Source: Camelus ferus
Taxonomy: Eukaryota
Length of the DNA stretch: 64,000 bases
Assembly (NCBI RefSeq): GCF_009834535.1
Contig: NC_045697.1
Location: forward strand, 86,864,001 to 86,928,000
Reading direction: 5' to 3'
This document shows, piece after piece, positions 1 through 11,350 of this stretch. The notes below the pieces were generated by a model that saw only the letters and a list, made by a program, of their open reading frames with translations, was not told the origin of the DNA and ran no database searches. Position numbers and translations under genes: made by a program. How positions within the stretch are numbered: the first letter of the stretch is position 1; every line of letters begins with the position of its first letter.

Positions 1-1
1 A

Positions 2-1195
2 GGAATCTTCACTTGCTGCCTACCAGGTTTACCGGAAACTTTGTCTTGTGTCTGTCCAGGATATGTCACTGTTGTGTCAATATCTAGGACTGCTCTGATC
101 GAGGAATTGCAGAAGCAGCCTATCCGGGTAGTTCTCGTTGAGGGTGACCTCACAGAGAATTATCGCCACCTGGGATTTAACAAGCCTGCAAATATTAAAA
201 CAGTATCAGAAAGCATGAAGGTTGAACCAGACAGCTCAGAAGAACTGTGGACAAATCATGTGTTACAGGTATTAATCAAGTTCAATGTGAACCTCGTTCT
301 GTCACAAGGAAATGTATCTGAATGCCTGATTGAAAAATGCACACACAGTAAGCGGTTGGTCGTTGGGTCAGTGAATGGCAGTGTGATGCAAGCTTTTGCA
401 GAGGCTTCAGGAGCGGTACAGGTGGCCTACATCACACAAGTGAATGAAAACTGTGTGGGCAGTGGGGTCTGTGTGACCTTCTGGAGAAGCATTCCCTTCG
501 ATGCTGTAGATGGGACCAGCAGAATGGCAATCTTGTTAAAGACAGAAGGAATGAACTTGGTTACAGTAGTGCTCACTAGCCCAGTCACTGCCCAGATGCA
601 GACCAAAGAAGACAGGTTCTGGGCTTGTGCCTATCGTCTGCATTATGCTCTAAAAGAGCAAAAGGTCCTCCTTGGAGGTGGCGCAGTTGAATTTTTGTGC
701 CTTAGCCATCTTCAAATTCTCGCGGAGCAATCTCTGCACAAAGGAAACCAAGACTCTTCAGGATGGTTTCATAATACTTCCTCTTGGCTGGCCTCATCCC
801 TGGCGCTATACAGACCGACTGTGCTTAAATGCCTGGCCGATGGATGGCACAGATACCTTTCAACTCTCCTGTGTAACACTGCCAGTTACTCATCAGAATT
901 TGAAGCCAACACATTCATTCAGCATCATCTACAAAATGCTGCAGACTCTGGCTCTCCTTCATCTTACATCTTGAATGAATATAGTAAACGAAAGAGTGGA
1001 ATTTTTAATTCAGGCATTTCAAATAAACTGGAACAGATTCCAAGCGTTTATGACATTGTTACACCAAAGATTGAGGCATGGCGCCGAGCTTTGGATTTAG
1101 TATTGTTAGTACTTCAGACAGACAGTGAAATTATTACTGGACTTGGACGCACACAGATAAAATCACAAGACTCAGAGGGCTTTTTATTTTTATAG
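2..1195 (+). CDS. BBS12: Bardet-Biedl syndrome 12 protein (group II chaperonin-like), C-terminal ~397 aa; 5'-partial
   Basis: Uninterrupted frame from the window start: [13 protein letters not shown]...[18 protein letters not shown]...[12 protein letters not shown]...[11 protein letters not shown]...[32 protein letters not shown]...GFLFL*. Matches the recalled mammalian BBS12 C-terminus, including the chaperonin-like GGG motif. Syntenic with FGF2. Confidence 0.97.
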   Translation, partial: GIFTCCLPGLPETLSCVCPGYVTVVSISRTALIEELQKQPIRVVLVEGDLTENYRHLGFNKPANIKTVSESMKVEPDSSEELWTNHVLQVLIKFNVNLVLSQGNVSECLIEKCTHSKRLVVGSVNGSVMQAFAEASGAVQVAYITQVNENCVGSGVCVTFWRSIPFDAVDGTSRMAILLKTEGMNLVTVVLTSPVTAQMQTKEDRFWACAYRLHYALKEQKVLLGGGAVEFLCLSHLQILAEQSLHKGNQDSSGWFHNTSSWLASSLALYRPTVLKCLADGWHRYLSTLLCNTASYSSEFEANTFIQHHLQNAADSGSPSSYILNEYSKRKSGIFNSGISNKLEQIPSVYDIVTPKIEAWRRALDLVLLVLQTDSEIITGLGRTQIKSQDSEGFLFL

Positions 1196-1247
1196 TATTA
1201 TTGGCTAAGTGTTTGGAAAATAATCTTTGGTAATATAACATGCTAAT

Positions 1248-1253
1248 AATAAA
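1248..1253 (+). promoter_or_regulatory. Candidate proximal polyadenylation signal for BBS12
   Basis: AATAAA ~52 nt after the stop codon, just before the LTR at 1320. Confidence 0.4.
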
Positions 1254-1319
1254 CTTTCTAGTAGCCAAGTTATAGTGCCTAAAATGCCAGCTATTTGCAG
1301 GAAGAAAATATTTGATGTC

Positions 1320-1782
1320 TGTCAATAACTGTGTAGGGTCTAAAATTCCACTCTATTTATAACATAACAAGTTAGCCTGTTACTGTTGCATAGAATGCTA
1401 CAGAATACATGAGATACTTGGATCAGAGACAAAGGACTTTTATTATTCACAGCAAAAGCAGTAGCCAGAGCTTCGTATTGGTTTGTGTCAATTTCCACAT
1501 TTCTCTGAGTCCCACAAGAGCAACACAAAGGGCCAGTGATGGAAGCCTGTACATGCCGTGTGTTGTGTTACAGAAGTGGGACACTGAGCCTGGGACAGCC
1601 TCTGCTTGTATATAATAAGCAGAAACAATCCTGTTCTTTGTCCAAGGGTAATTGTTACCTCATGCCTCCGGGTTGCTCAGTGTAAACACAAGCCTGAGAC
1701 ATGAGCTGGGTAAAGACAGGTCATGGCGCATGGAGAGAGTATGCAGTGTCACACAGCCCACAATGGACAGCCTCTTCCAACA
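1320..1782 (-). mobile_element. 3' LTR of the provirus
   Basis: tgtcaataactgtgtagggtc...cttccaaca aligns with 4064-4492; minus-strand AATAAA near 1439-1444. Confidence 0.85.
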
Positions 1783-4063
1783 GTTCACTCCTCAATCTGA
1801 CACATTCTTGGTGAGACTTGAATTTTCATGTGAGTATGCCTCTCTGTTGGCTACTCTAATTAATCTGGCAAACAGGTTGCTTGGTCAATACCAAAGCCAC
1901 TCAGTTGGTCTCATATAGCAATTAAATTAAGGCTACTGTCAACAGATGCTGAGCAGCAAGATGAAGCCAGTCTGTAGTACTGACCTCTGTCAAGTCCCCC
2001 AGGATCTTGAATTTAGTCAGTTGTAAATTCCAAGGAAGGACCAGTAAGTTTTTATTAGCCAGAATGTTGTCTAAGACCAAATTGTTATCTGTTATGAACC
2101 ATGCAAGGGAGTTTTGGTTAACTTGCTGATCTTTGGTGTCATTGCCAACAATTATAGGAGGCAACAGAGGGACCAGAAAGCACCTCTCATCCCTAATGGA
2201 GAGACATTCGTGGCCCGTTTTCCCCACAGACAAGCACATAACATAACAGTCCCACGTCACTGTATTTCAGCATTTGTTGTTAAACCTGATTTGAATCACC
2301 ATTATACAAATTTGATTCAGTCACATAAGTAGTGTCGCCCAGTAGTTGCAGCTGCAATTGCCATGCATGGGAAAATCCAAGGCCACTCATATTAAGAGAA
2401 GTGTCTGATCAGTCAGATTGAGACAAGATTGTTCTGGCACCTGTGTTTGTACGTGTTCATATCTGGGAGCTGCCGTTGATGGCATCTTACACTGTCTCCA
2501 GTACTGAATAGGAGCCTTAATAAGGTTTGAGCCTTCTTTGTGGTGGTGGGTGGGTGAGGAGACCACCTTTGTTTGGCTCCCAGAGGGATTGAGTGCTGTG
2601 AATCTGTCCAGATGGTCTCAAGGAACTGTACTTGGCACTCAACGTTCTGAATTTTGTCTGGGTTTATCAGTCACTCCTCATGGTAGAGGTAGATAACACC
2701 ACAGTCAAGTAGATAGTGGCCACAGTCAGGACCACCGAAACAGGCTTCTAACTTGTCAGCCACCAGGACACCTCCGTATCATCTATGTAGTGAACATTTG
2801 AGGCATCGGAGCATAGAGGCACTCACACTAAATCCCAGCCTGTCTGTGGATTAGGATGGGTTTGGGCATGGTGGTGGATGGCAGGAAGTTTGTCTCATTT
2901 TTTCTACTTGTAGCAATACCCTGAGTGGAAGAATCTCCTCTGGCACTTTATGAACATTTAAGTTTAAGTGTATAAACACCTTGATACCAATTACGTGTTT
3001 TCATAAGAGTAGTACATTGAATTGGGCCAAAGGCCCCACCCACAGGGTCCCACTTTGTCTCTCCTGCAGGATTTTCTCCAGTCCTATCAGTTGACTTTAG
3101 TCACTTTCCCCCTCTGTGGGAACATGGACCAAGAAGTTTGACACTTTCACATTAGGGGCTCTAACAGCTGCTGAGAGATGATGTCTCCCTGGCTGGTAGC
3201 TCAGGAAGGAGCAGAGAGCGAGGGCGGCAGACAAGGAGGCTCTTTTCATCTTTTTTGGCTCTTCATTTCAGTGTCGGCGCCAGCTTCTCCCCTGTGCTCT
3301 TCCCAGTGTCTGCAGAGCACCCTGGCTCCAGGGAGCTTGCTTTCTGCCCTCCGCGTGCCGCTGCGCCTCCTCAGTGCCCTGCAGTCCTGGGTGCCTTTGG
3401 CCACCCTGTGCCCAGGGCCCGCTTCCGCCATGGGACTGGTAGAATGGTCACTCGGGCCCCTGTCTCTGACAGAGCTTTAAAAGTTGAGTCACTTCCTCCC
3501 CTGAGTGCCCCATCAGACTTGGCTTTTTCCGCAGCAGCTGAGGTCAGGGTGGAGGGTGAGGGAGGTCTGGGGAAGTGTAGAGGGGGACAGTGGCTCCGTG
3601 CCCGTGAGCAGTGCTTTGTGGTCACTTTTGGTTTTGATTGGCTGCCCGACATGCGCTCAACAAACTTGTATTTTCACTGTCCTCAAAGTTTTATCTCCTC
3701 ATTGCTGACAGCATTTCTTGCAGCTTTGGGGACCCCTGACTTGGCAGCCACAGCCAGTTTCTTCTCAGCCAGTGCCCTGGGGCTACTGCCTTGTTGCCCT
3801 GTTCACATTCCTCCTCCTCCCACCTGAGGTGAGTGAGCAACAACCAAGGCATCATTTGGGTGGCTTGTTCTAATCTCACCTCTCAGGACTTATTCTCCAG
3901 GCGTCATTTGCAGGTGGGACAGCAGGGGCTCCCAGTCCCCTCCCCCTTCCCCACTACTTGAGTGAAAGCAGTCACTATCGGAGCCCAGGGAGTCCAATCT
4001 CTTAACCCAGCCACTGGGGCCCTCATCTTTTCCGGGAGAATCATGACTCTCTCAAGTCAGAAC

Positions 4064-4492
4064 TGGCAATAACTATGCAGGGTCTGGGGTTTTGCCCTGT
4101 TTACAAGCTAACAAATTAGCCTCTCAAAATTTCATGAGATGCTGACAGAAGGCTCAAGACTCCTGGGCTTTTATAAAAGTAACCAGAGCTTCATGTTGGT
4201 TTATGTTGGTTCCCTGGGCTCTCAGGTCCCACAAGAGTGACATAAAGAGCCCAAGATGAATGCCTGCACACACGGTAGTTTGTGTTTCAGAAGAGGAGCA
4301 CTGAGCTCAGGCAATTCACAACTTTTCTAGTGAGCACAAGTAAGCCTGTTTGTGTGGAGAGAGATTACATCATTATTCAAGGTTGCTCACTGCAAACACA
4401 GCCTTGAGAAGTGGCCTGGAAAGAGAGAACTCAGCACCCAGCAAGAACATGCAGGGATGCTTAGAGCCCATGGCAGACTGCCTGTCCCAACA
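4064..4492 (-). mobile_element. 5' LTR of the provirus
   Basis: tggcaataactatgcagggtc...gtcccaaca; shares blocks such as gtcccacaagag, ggttgctca and aaacaca with the other LTR. Confidence 0.85.
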
Positions 4493-4640
4493 AAGTCCCA
4501 GCGTTCAATAAATTGAGCGTTATAAGGCCTGAATTTATGTGTGTAGTTTTTGAAGTTGAATATTAAAGAGCTCAGAGAAAATAATAGTAGTAATTAAATT
4601 ACTGATGACCTACCATGTTCCTTCTAAATTCTTTACATAT

Positions 4641-5024
4641 TGTATTAATTTGCCAGGGTCGCCACAACAAAGTACCACATACTGGGCGGCCTAAACAACA
4701 GAAATGTATTTTCTCACAATTCTGGAGGCTAGAGGTCTGAGATCAAGGAGTTGGCAGGGTTGATTTCTTCTGAGGCCTGTCGCCTTGACTTGTAGATGGC
4801 TGTCTTCTCCCTGTCTTCACATCTTCCTTCTGTACCTGTCTATGCCCAAATTTCCTCTCCTTGTAAGGACTCCAGTCATACTGGATTAAAGCCCACTCTA
4901 ATGACCTCATTTTAACTTAGTTACCTCTTTAAAGACCCTATCTCCAAATTTAGTCACATTTTGAGATGCGGGGGTTTAGGACTTCAGCGTATGAATTGGA
5001 GGTGGGGGACACAGTGCAGCCCGT
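4641..5024 (-). mobile_element. MaLR LTR (MLT1B/C-like) inserted in a MIR
   Basis: tgtatt...caaagtaccaca...tctggaggctagaggtctgagatcaagg...aagaccctatctccaaat; MIR-like sequence on both sides. Confidence 0.8.
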
Positions 5025-6339
5025 ACTACATATATAATCTCAATCTTTGCAACATCTGTTTTCTTCATCTTATGGATAAGAACATGATCTTAATAAGGTT
5101 AAGAAACTTGCCCAAGTTCTCGCAGATAGTAGATAGTAGAGCTTTAATTTGAACTAAAATTTTATCTGCTTCCAAAGTCTATTTCTAAGCATTCATTGTT
5201 TTATGAATTTTTTTTCAATAAGGTAACAACAAAACAAGAAAAGAGAATGCCTGGTTTATTTACATGACTCATTTAAATGTATTGGAAAATGGAATTTGAT
5301 TAGCCTCATGTTGGGTAAAAATACCATTTTTGGTTTGGCATTTGTCTTATATGTGATCACATGATAACTGCACAGATGATCATTCCAATTATACATACCA
5401 TGTTTGTTCAAGTTAGAATAATAACAATGTTGAGTGTTAAACTTTTTAAAAATAAAGTGTATTATTTTACTTGAGTATTCTTTTATTCTCCCATTGTATA
5501 GTATTAACACTCAGTTTTTGTTAAAATATTATGAAGATTATGAGTACCACTGATAATTAACATGGGTGTTCAACTCACTTTATATAATAGATTTTTTTGT
5601 GAAGTTGGTATTTGCATGTATTTGTACTAAGTACTGAGTAAATCTTGTAATAAATATTTTCCTTTGAAACTAGAAGTCTCACTCTAATACAGATGGTTTT
5701 GTTTCCAGATTTTCAAAAAGCTTTGTACTATCATGTGGTTTATCAGCTACTTTTCTAGTTCTTATAATCATAAGAAATATCTTTAAATTTTAATTACTCA
5801 AGTAACTGTTCTGTCCTTTAAATTGAGAACAACCCGTTGAATAAACTTGATTCATCTGAGTAAATGGCTTTTCCAAGAAACCCTGTCTACAACCAGGTGT
5901 AGACATTTCTTGAAAGACCAGAGCAGTGTTGATATGTTTGTGAGACCATCTGCCTCTTGCATATTATAGAACACTGAGAGGTTTGCAGTTATTCTATACC
6001 TACGTATAGCCCGTTTTCCCAAAGATAAATGACTCCTCCTGAACCAGGGTTTAATTAGTTCTTCAAATAATAATCTTTAAGAAATTTCAGCCGTGGAATT
6101 CCTACATACTCCAGAATATGAATCTGGACAGTTGCAGGATCAGCAGAAAGAAGTGGGAAGCAGCAAGAATGAAGGGGTTACTGACAGTCCTCCAAATTGC
6201 TAACAATTACTTCCAAAAGGAAAGGAAATATGAATGGATAAAGTATAAGCAGTTCTTGGAACTAGCCCGCGGGCATCGCGTTCTGGGTGAGTGCAAAACT
6301 ACAACAAAAAGCAAAACAATCCCAACTCTGTGTTTGTGT

Positions 6340-6647
6340 TGTTGACCTGAAATAAATGGACTGTCAGATATTTCTCCAGCAAAGATAGCTTTATTTGGGA
6401 TCAGCAGAGAATTGAAATTCTGGGTCTGCAACCACGATGAGCGACGTGCAAGTCCCCATGTGGCAGGGGAAAGAGGGGACTTTCACAGGAAAAGGTTGGG
6501 AGGATTGTAGTAAACAAAGAGTCCATGGCTTTTCACTGGCCGAGTCCTGTCTTCCTGTTGGCTCTGCTATCCCTGCAGGGTGTGAGAGCTCCCTGTTCTG
6601 GTCTCCCAACTCTATCTAATTGAGGTTTCTGTATTAATTGTTTTACA
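6340..6647 (-). mobile_element. Solo LTR (ERV1-type)
   Basis: TG...CA ends with a perfect 4-bp TSD GTGT (6336-6339 / 6648-6651); TTTATT near 6390 is a minus-strand polyA signal. Confidence 0.75.
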
Positions 6648-6720
6648 GTGTTTGATGTAGAATTGACTAGTGCTGCGGTGATCTAAGCTCTGAAGTATGT
6701 CAGATACATTCAGCACATGC

Positions 6721-7242
6721 TGCAACCAAGCAGAGGGCTTGCTTGTGTGCCTGCAGCACAGAAAGCTAAACTTTGGCAGCGAGAGTTTTCAGCAAAGTAA
6801 GGATTTATTGCAGGGCGCCAAGCAAGGCAGTGAGGCCAGCCGCAGATCCACTCCAGCCTGGTCTTTGAGTTAGGGGTTTTTAAAGGAGTAGAACAGAGAG
6901 GCTGGGGTTAATCATCATCTTGTGACATTTCTTAACTGTAGTTTCAGGATTCAGGATGTCTCTAGTTTAAGATTCTCTGGCCAGGTGCTCCATGGCTTGG
7001 GGCTCTGTTAACTCATCTTACCCTGGAGAAACAAGCTGAGTTTGCGCATTAATAGTGGTGTTGTGTTTTGTACCTTAATGATGTTATCAACAAAAGCAAT
7101 TTTCATCATCTGACTCTGGTTGATTAGTGTTCAGTTCACACAGGATTGAGATCAGAGGGGACAAGAATGGGAATAAAGTTTTGGGAAAGAGATTAATCAC
7201 AAACTCAGTAAGGGAACCCAGCTTTAGGGGGACTTGGTTTCA
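6721..7242 (-). mobile_element. Solo LTR (ERV1-type)
   Basis: Terminal inverted repeats tgcaaccaag / cttggtttca (9/10 match); flanks ATGC/ATGT; TTTATT at ~6804. Confidence 0.7.
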
Positions 7243-7970
7243 ATGTTTCCTTCCAGGAGGACTGAGCCACACTCTGAGGGGGGAGAACGTTGGAAGCAAG
7301 TCAAATAGAGCAGGGCAGGAACACTTGGAATAAGGGAGAGGGAAGAGTTACGTTGGGAATGGTTAAACGATGTCATTTTGTACTAGGCTGGGTGGCCGGG
7401 AGACTCAGAGGAAAATAAATGTAACCTTGAAGGCTTGGAAATACAGAGCTGGAGGAAGAAAATCTTTCCAACCAGACCTAGCTTTGACATTCAGAGAAGG
7501 GCTACACAGAAAGGCTATATTTTCAGTCCATTAACTGAATTAACTGAACATTAACATAATTTCAGTACCAGGAGAGAGACCATGAGTCATGAAGCTGGGA
7601 GATTGGCTCTGGCCAGTCCCCACGTCCTTCACAAGAACCCCTTCCTGTGATGGGCTTCACAGAAACCCATGTAATTTGAACATGGGAGAAAAAAAGAAAT
7701 GCCATTTAACCTCAAGTGACCTTAGTACAGGAGAAAAGGTTAAAAAGGATTAAGTAATATTTGAATGGACAATGAGAGCACACCAGCGGAAAAAAATGTA
7801 GCCACAAAGCAGATGAAAATTAGTATTTCTAAATGAGCTAAAAAAACCCCATTTAGTTTGAAGTTTTTGAAAACAGCACTCAATAGAAATATCAATCTCA
7901 GAAATTAGATAGCTAACAACAGGTTCGGAAATGACAACTGACACAGCTCAGAAAAGAACTGGCCTAAATC

Positions 7971-8173
7971 ACAGTTGACCCTTGAGCAACATGTGGGTTA
8001 TGGGGCACTGACCACACCCCCAACCCCTCAGAGTCAAAAATCCAAGTATAACTTTGCAGTCAGCCTTCTGTATCCAAGTTTCCACATCTGAGGATTCAAC
8101 CAACCTCAGATCATGTAGCAGTGTAGTATATATTTATTGAAAAAAAATGCTTATATAAGTGGACTCACACAGT
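7971..8173. mobile_element. TcMar-Tigger-type MITE fragment
   Basis: Begins with the Tigger-type TIR cagttgacccttga; internal ggattcaaccaacc motif. Confidence 0.7.
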
Positions 8174-10031
8174 AACCTAGCAGCAAACTGACTCCATGGA
8201 AAGCACAGTAAAGAATGTAAAAGTCATTTCCAGGGACCCAGTAAAGCAATCTCATCTGTCACAAACTTTTCTAAATTTCCTTAACAGAGAGCAGAGATCT
8301 GCATTGTACCATTTTTCCTTTTAAGATAATTTAAATGACCAAACTTCACAAAGGATGACTTTTTCCCTGTAAAGCAGGGACCAGTCTAACATGAGAGTCA
8401 CCCTCTGGAACCATTCAAAGCCATTAATTTCTCATTTAAGTTTAGGGGCAGTTCTTGGCTCCCTAGTTCATGCCATTGGTCTACTCTGAAAGCCTCTGTT
8501 TAGTGAGGGGAGAGCAATGGTGGATCAGAGGGATCCAGGATCTCTCAGGGTGGCAGTGCCTTGCATTCACTCATTGGCAGAGTTTCCATGATCATAGCTT
8601 CACAGGCCCACAGACTTTTGTCCGGATAAGAGGAGGTGATCATCATCAAGGTAACCAACTCATACTAACCAAGCACACAGACAGTTGTGTAAACCAAGCT
8701 GCTAATTTCATATTTATATTTGTATCATAGCTACTAGAGAAAAACAGAATACTCATATGAGCTGAGCCAAGAATTTGTTTCTCCTGTGTATGAAAGTCTC
8801 TGGGAAGACTGGAATCCAAGCCAAGTTTCTCCTCTGAGAGCAGGCTAGCCAGATACCCTCTCTTCAGGAGCAATGCAGGGGCTCACCACTAACCAGGACG
8901 CTGAGCTCTTCGCTCATTTCTTTTGTTGTCATGCTCTTTATTCAGATGTTAACATAATTAATTAGACACTACTTTTTTTTTTTTTATGCTCAATCATATT
9001 TCGCACTTGCCTTCTGGAGGCAGCACCCTGTGGCCCCTTTGAGTGATAACTTATTGCTTTGATTTAGGAAACATCTTCCCTAGAGTGACATCTAATAACC
9101 ACAATCACCCACCTCATAATACTTGTTTAACCCCTAGAGCTTCACCTTATCTTCAGGTTTTAGGAGTAACAGATTATAGTCTCCCATGGACCAACTAAAT
9201 GTTCTTTCTCTCTTTCAAGATAAAAGAATGATGACAAGAAGTATCTATCAGCTTCCAAGATGTGCTTGTCACATAAGCATTGGACTGAAAACTAGGAGAC
9301 CTTTGTTCAAATTCTGACTTTCCCCCTGTGTGACCTTGGGCAAGTCACCTAACCTGTTTTAATGTTTCCTTATCTGTAAAATGTATTCTTAAAGTGACTT
9401 TGAGGTTTAAATTAAATATGCATTATGATAATCTAACTCCGCACATATTTATTGCATGTAAATATCCAGGGAAGTAAGTCAGGCACTTGAAACATTGTTA
9501 TAAAACAATTTTATGAGATTTCTGTTCCTTTCCTAGCTTTACAATTTTAGCGATTCTCCTCTGTGCCCCTCCCTCTCTGGCCCTCTTTATGGTGATTGGA
9601 AATAATGTCCCATGAACAAAAAGGGTCAGTGTGCCTACTCTGGAGATAAGAGCAACAGGAAAGGAGAGGACTAGGCAGGATGTGTTCCACTTCTCAGGCT
9701 GGAGATAAGAACCCAGGCACTTGAAGAAAATCAGACAAATAATTAGAATAGTAGGTTTGGTGTAGTGTTTTCCCTGTTAAAGAATTCCTAGAGTCCTGTG
9801 GACCACTTGGTAAGAGTAGCGGGGCTGCTCTCTCCCACATGGGTTTGCTTGTCTAAGAGAGCAAAGTCAAGCCCAAGCTAAGGAGGCTCAGGAGTGAGCA
9901 ACAGATGACTGTAAACCCCACTGCTTCTCAGCCAGCCTCCTTTGGAGTACGCATGTGTCTGTTACAAACCTTGCTGTCAAGTTCTCACTACGATTGCCAC
10001 CTACTTTGCCTTAGTATTTTGTTTATTTAGA

Positions 10032-10825
10032 GCAGTAGTTCTCAACTTTGCCTTCATGTAAGAATCACCTGGGGAGTTTTTAAGAACTATAATGGCCTGA
10101 CCATATCCACAGAGAGTTATTTAACTGGTCTGAGGTCAGGATGCCAGGCATTGGTATTTTTTGTTTGTTTTGTATAAGATGAGGTTTATTTGAACTAGAC
10201 AAGTAATTTGAGATAAAATACAAATATGAATATGATATAATCTAAACTAAATTTTAAAAGAAGTACATTGTATTGATCGTTTTGTAATGTATATTTTTTA
10301 AAAATATATGCATCCTTGCTATGCCAGCTATTTGAACACCAATCTAGTAAAATCCCGATTAATTTTGAGTTCAGAGGGAAAAGTAGAAATTCAGGCTCTC
10401 TTAGCATCTTTCTTGACCATATTCCTCCTTCTGGTCCAGTATGCTTTCTCAGCAACCAATCCATGGAAACAGCCTGTATCACACTCTGCTGCAGTCACCT
10501 GTTTCCCTGTCTCTCTCCCCCTGTAGGCTGACTGTAGGCGCCTCAGTGGTAGAAACCTTGTCTGATCATTTTGTATCTCCAGGTTCAGGGGAATCGGGTG
10601 TTGGTATTTTCAGGGGCTCCCCATGTGACTGGAATGTACAGTCAGGTCTGAGAACCACTTACATAAAGGTTCGGTAGTTCTCAATCCCTGGCTGCACTTT
10701 AGTATCACCTGGGGAGCTTTTAGACATATTAAATCAGAAGCCCTAGAGCTGGGGCCTGGGTATCCGGATTTTTAAGGCTCCACATAGAATTATTACATGC
10801 AGCCAGGATTGATCAGCATGACTAT
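10032..10825. mobile_element. Cluster of MER5-like (hAT-Charlie) fragments
   Basis: Repeated cagtagttctcaa / aatcacctggggag / ctgagaaccact motifs at ~10030-10160 and ~10570-10825. Confidence 0.6.
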
Positions 10826-11159
10826 AACTTAAATAGAATATGAAGAGGTCTTTTTAATACAAAGTAATTGCTAACCTTCCCTGGGAAAACTGTGAGCCCA
10901 GGTATATAGGGGAAAGACACAGTTGCAATTTTGCAAAAATATTAAAATCATGCACTTAACTCCAGGCTGGGGAAGATAATATGGGAAAAGGGCACAGCAA
11001 CAAAGAAGAATAAGGAAAGATGACAAATCTTCATGCATTATTTTATATGAAACACCTGGAATGATTAAAATACTACATATCATCCACTTTAACTCAGCAT
11101 TAATCTAAAGAAAGATTGCTCCTGGCAAAGTGTTGATCACAGATCACAGCTACCCTTGA

Positions 11160-11350
11160 AGAGCACTTCTTCGTGCCAAGCGTGTTGGGGAGCATTCCAC
11201 AGGCACTGGCTTACCTAATCTTCACGGTAGTTCTGTGAGGCAGGCTCTGTCATTATCTTCATTTTGCATATAAACTGAGGCACAGAGGCTCAGTGTCTTG
11301 CCCAAAGTACACAGCAGTGTAGACAGAGGTACAGTCTGGCAGCAGGACTC
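11160..11350. mobile_element. MIR SINE
   Basis: MIR core: cattttgca...aaactgaggcacagagg...cttgcccaa. Confidence 0.7.

Larger units (their letters stand above)
1320..4492 (-). mobile_element. Degenerate class III (ERVL-like) provirus with two LTRs; resembles LTR40/HERVL40
   Basis: Two homologous TG...CA-bounded LTRs (1320-1782, 4064-4492). Flanks ATGTC/AAGTC are a 5-bp TSD with 1 mismatch. Minus-strand protease, RT and env remnants; PPT GAGGAGTGAAC at 1783-1793. Confidence 0.85.

Noticed and set aside
3255..3827. 190-aa plus-strand ORF
   Set aside because: Antisense to the decayed ERV gag/pro region, non-ATG start, no recognisable domain
4040..4063. Primer-binding site of the provirus
   Set aside because: Expected position, but too decayed to assign to a tRNA
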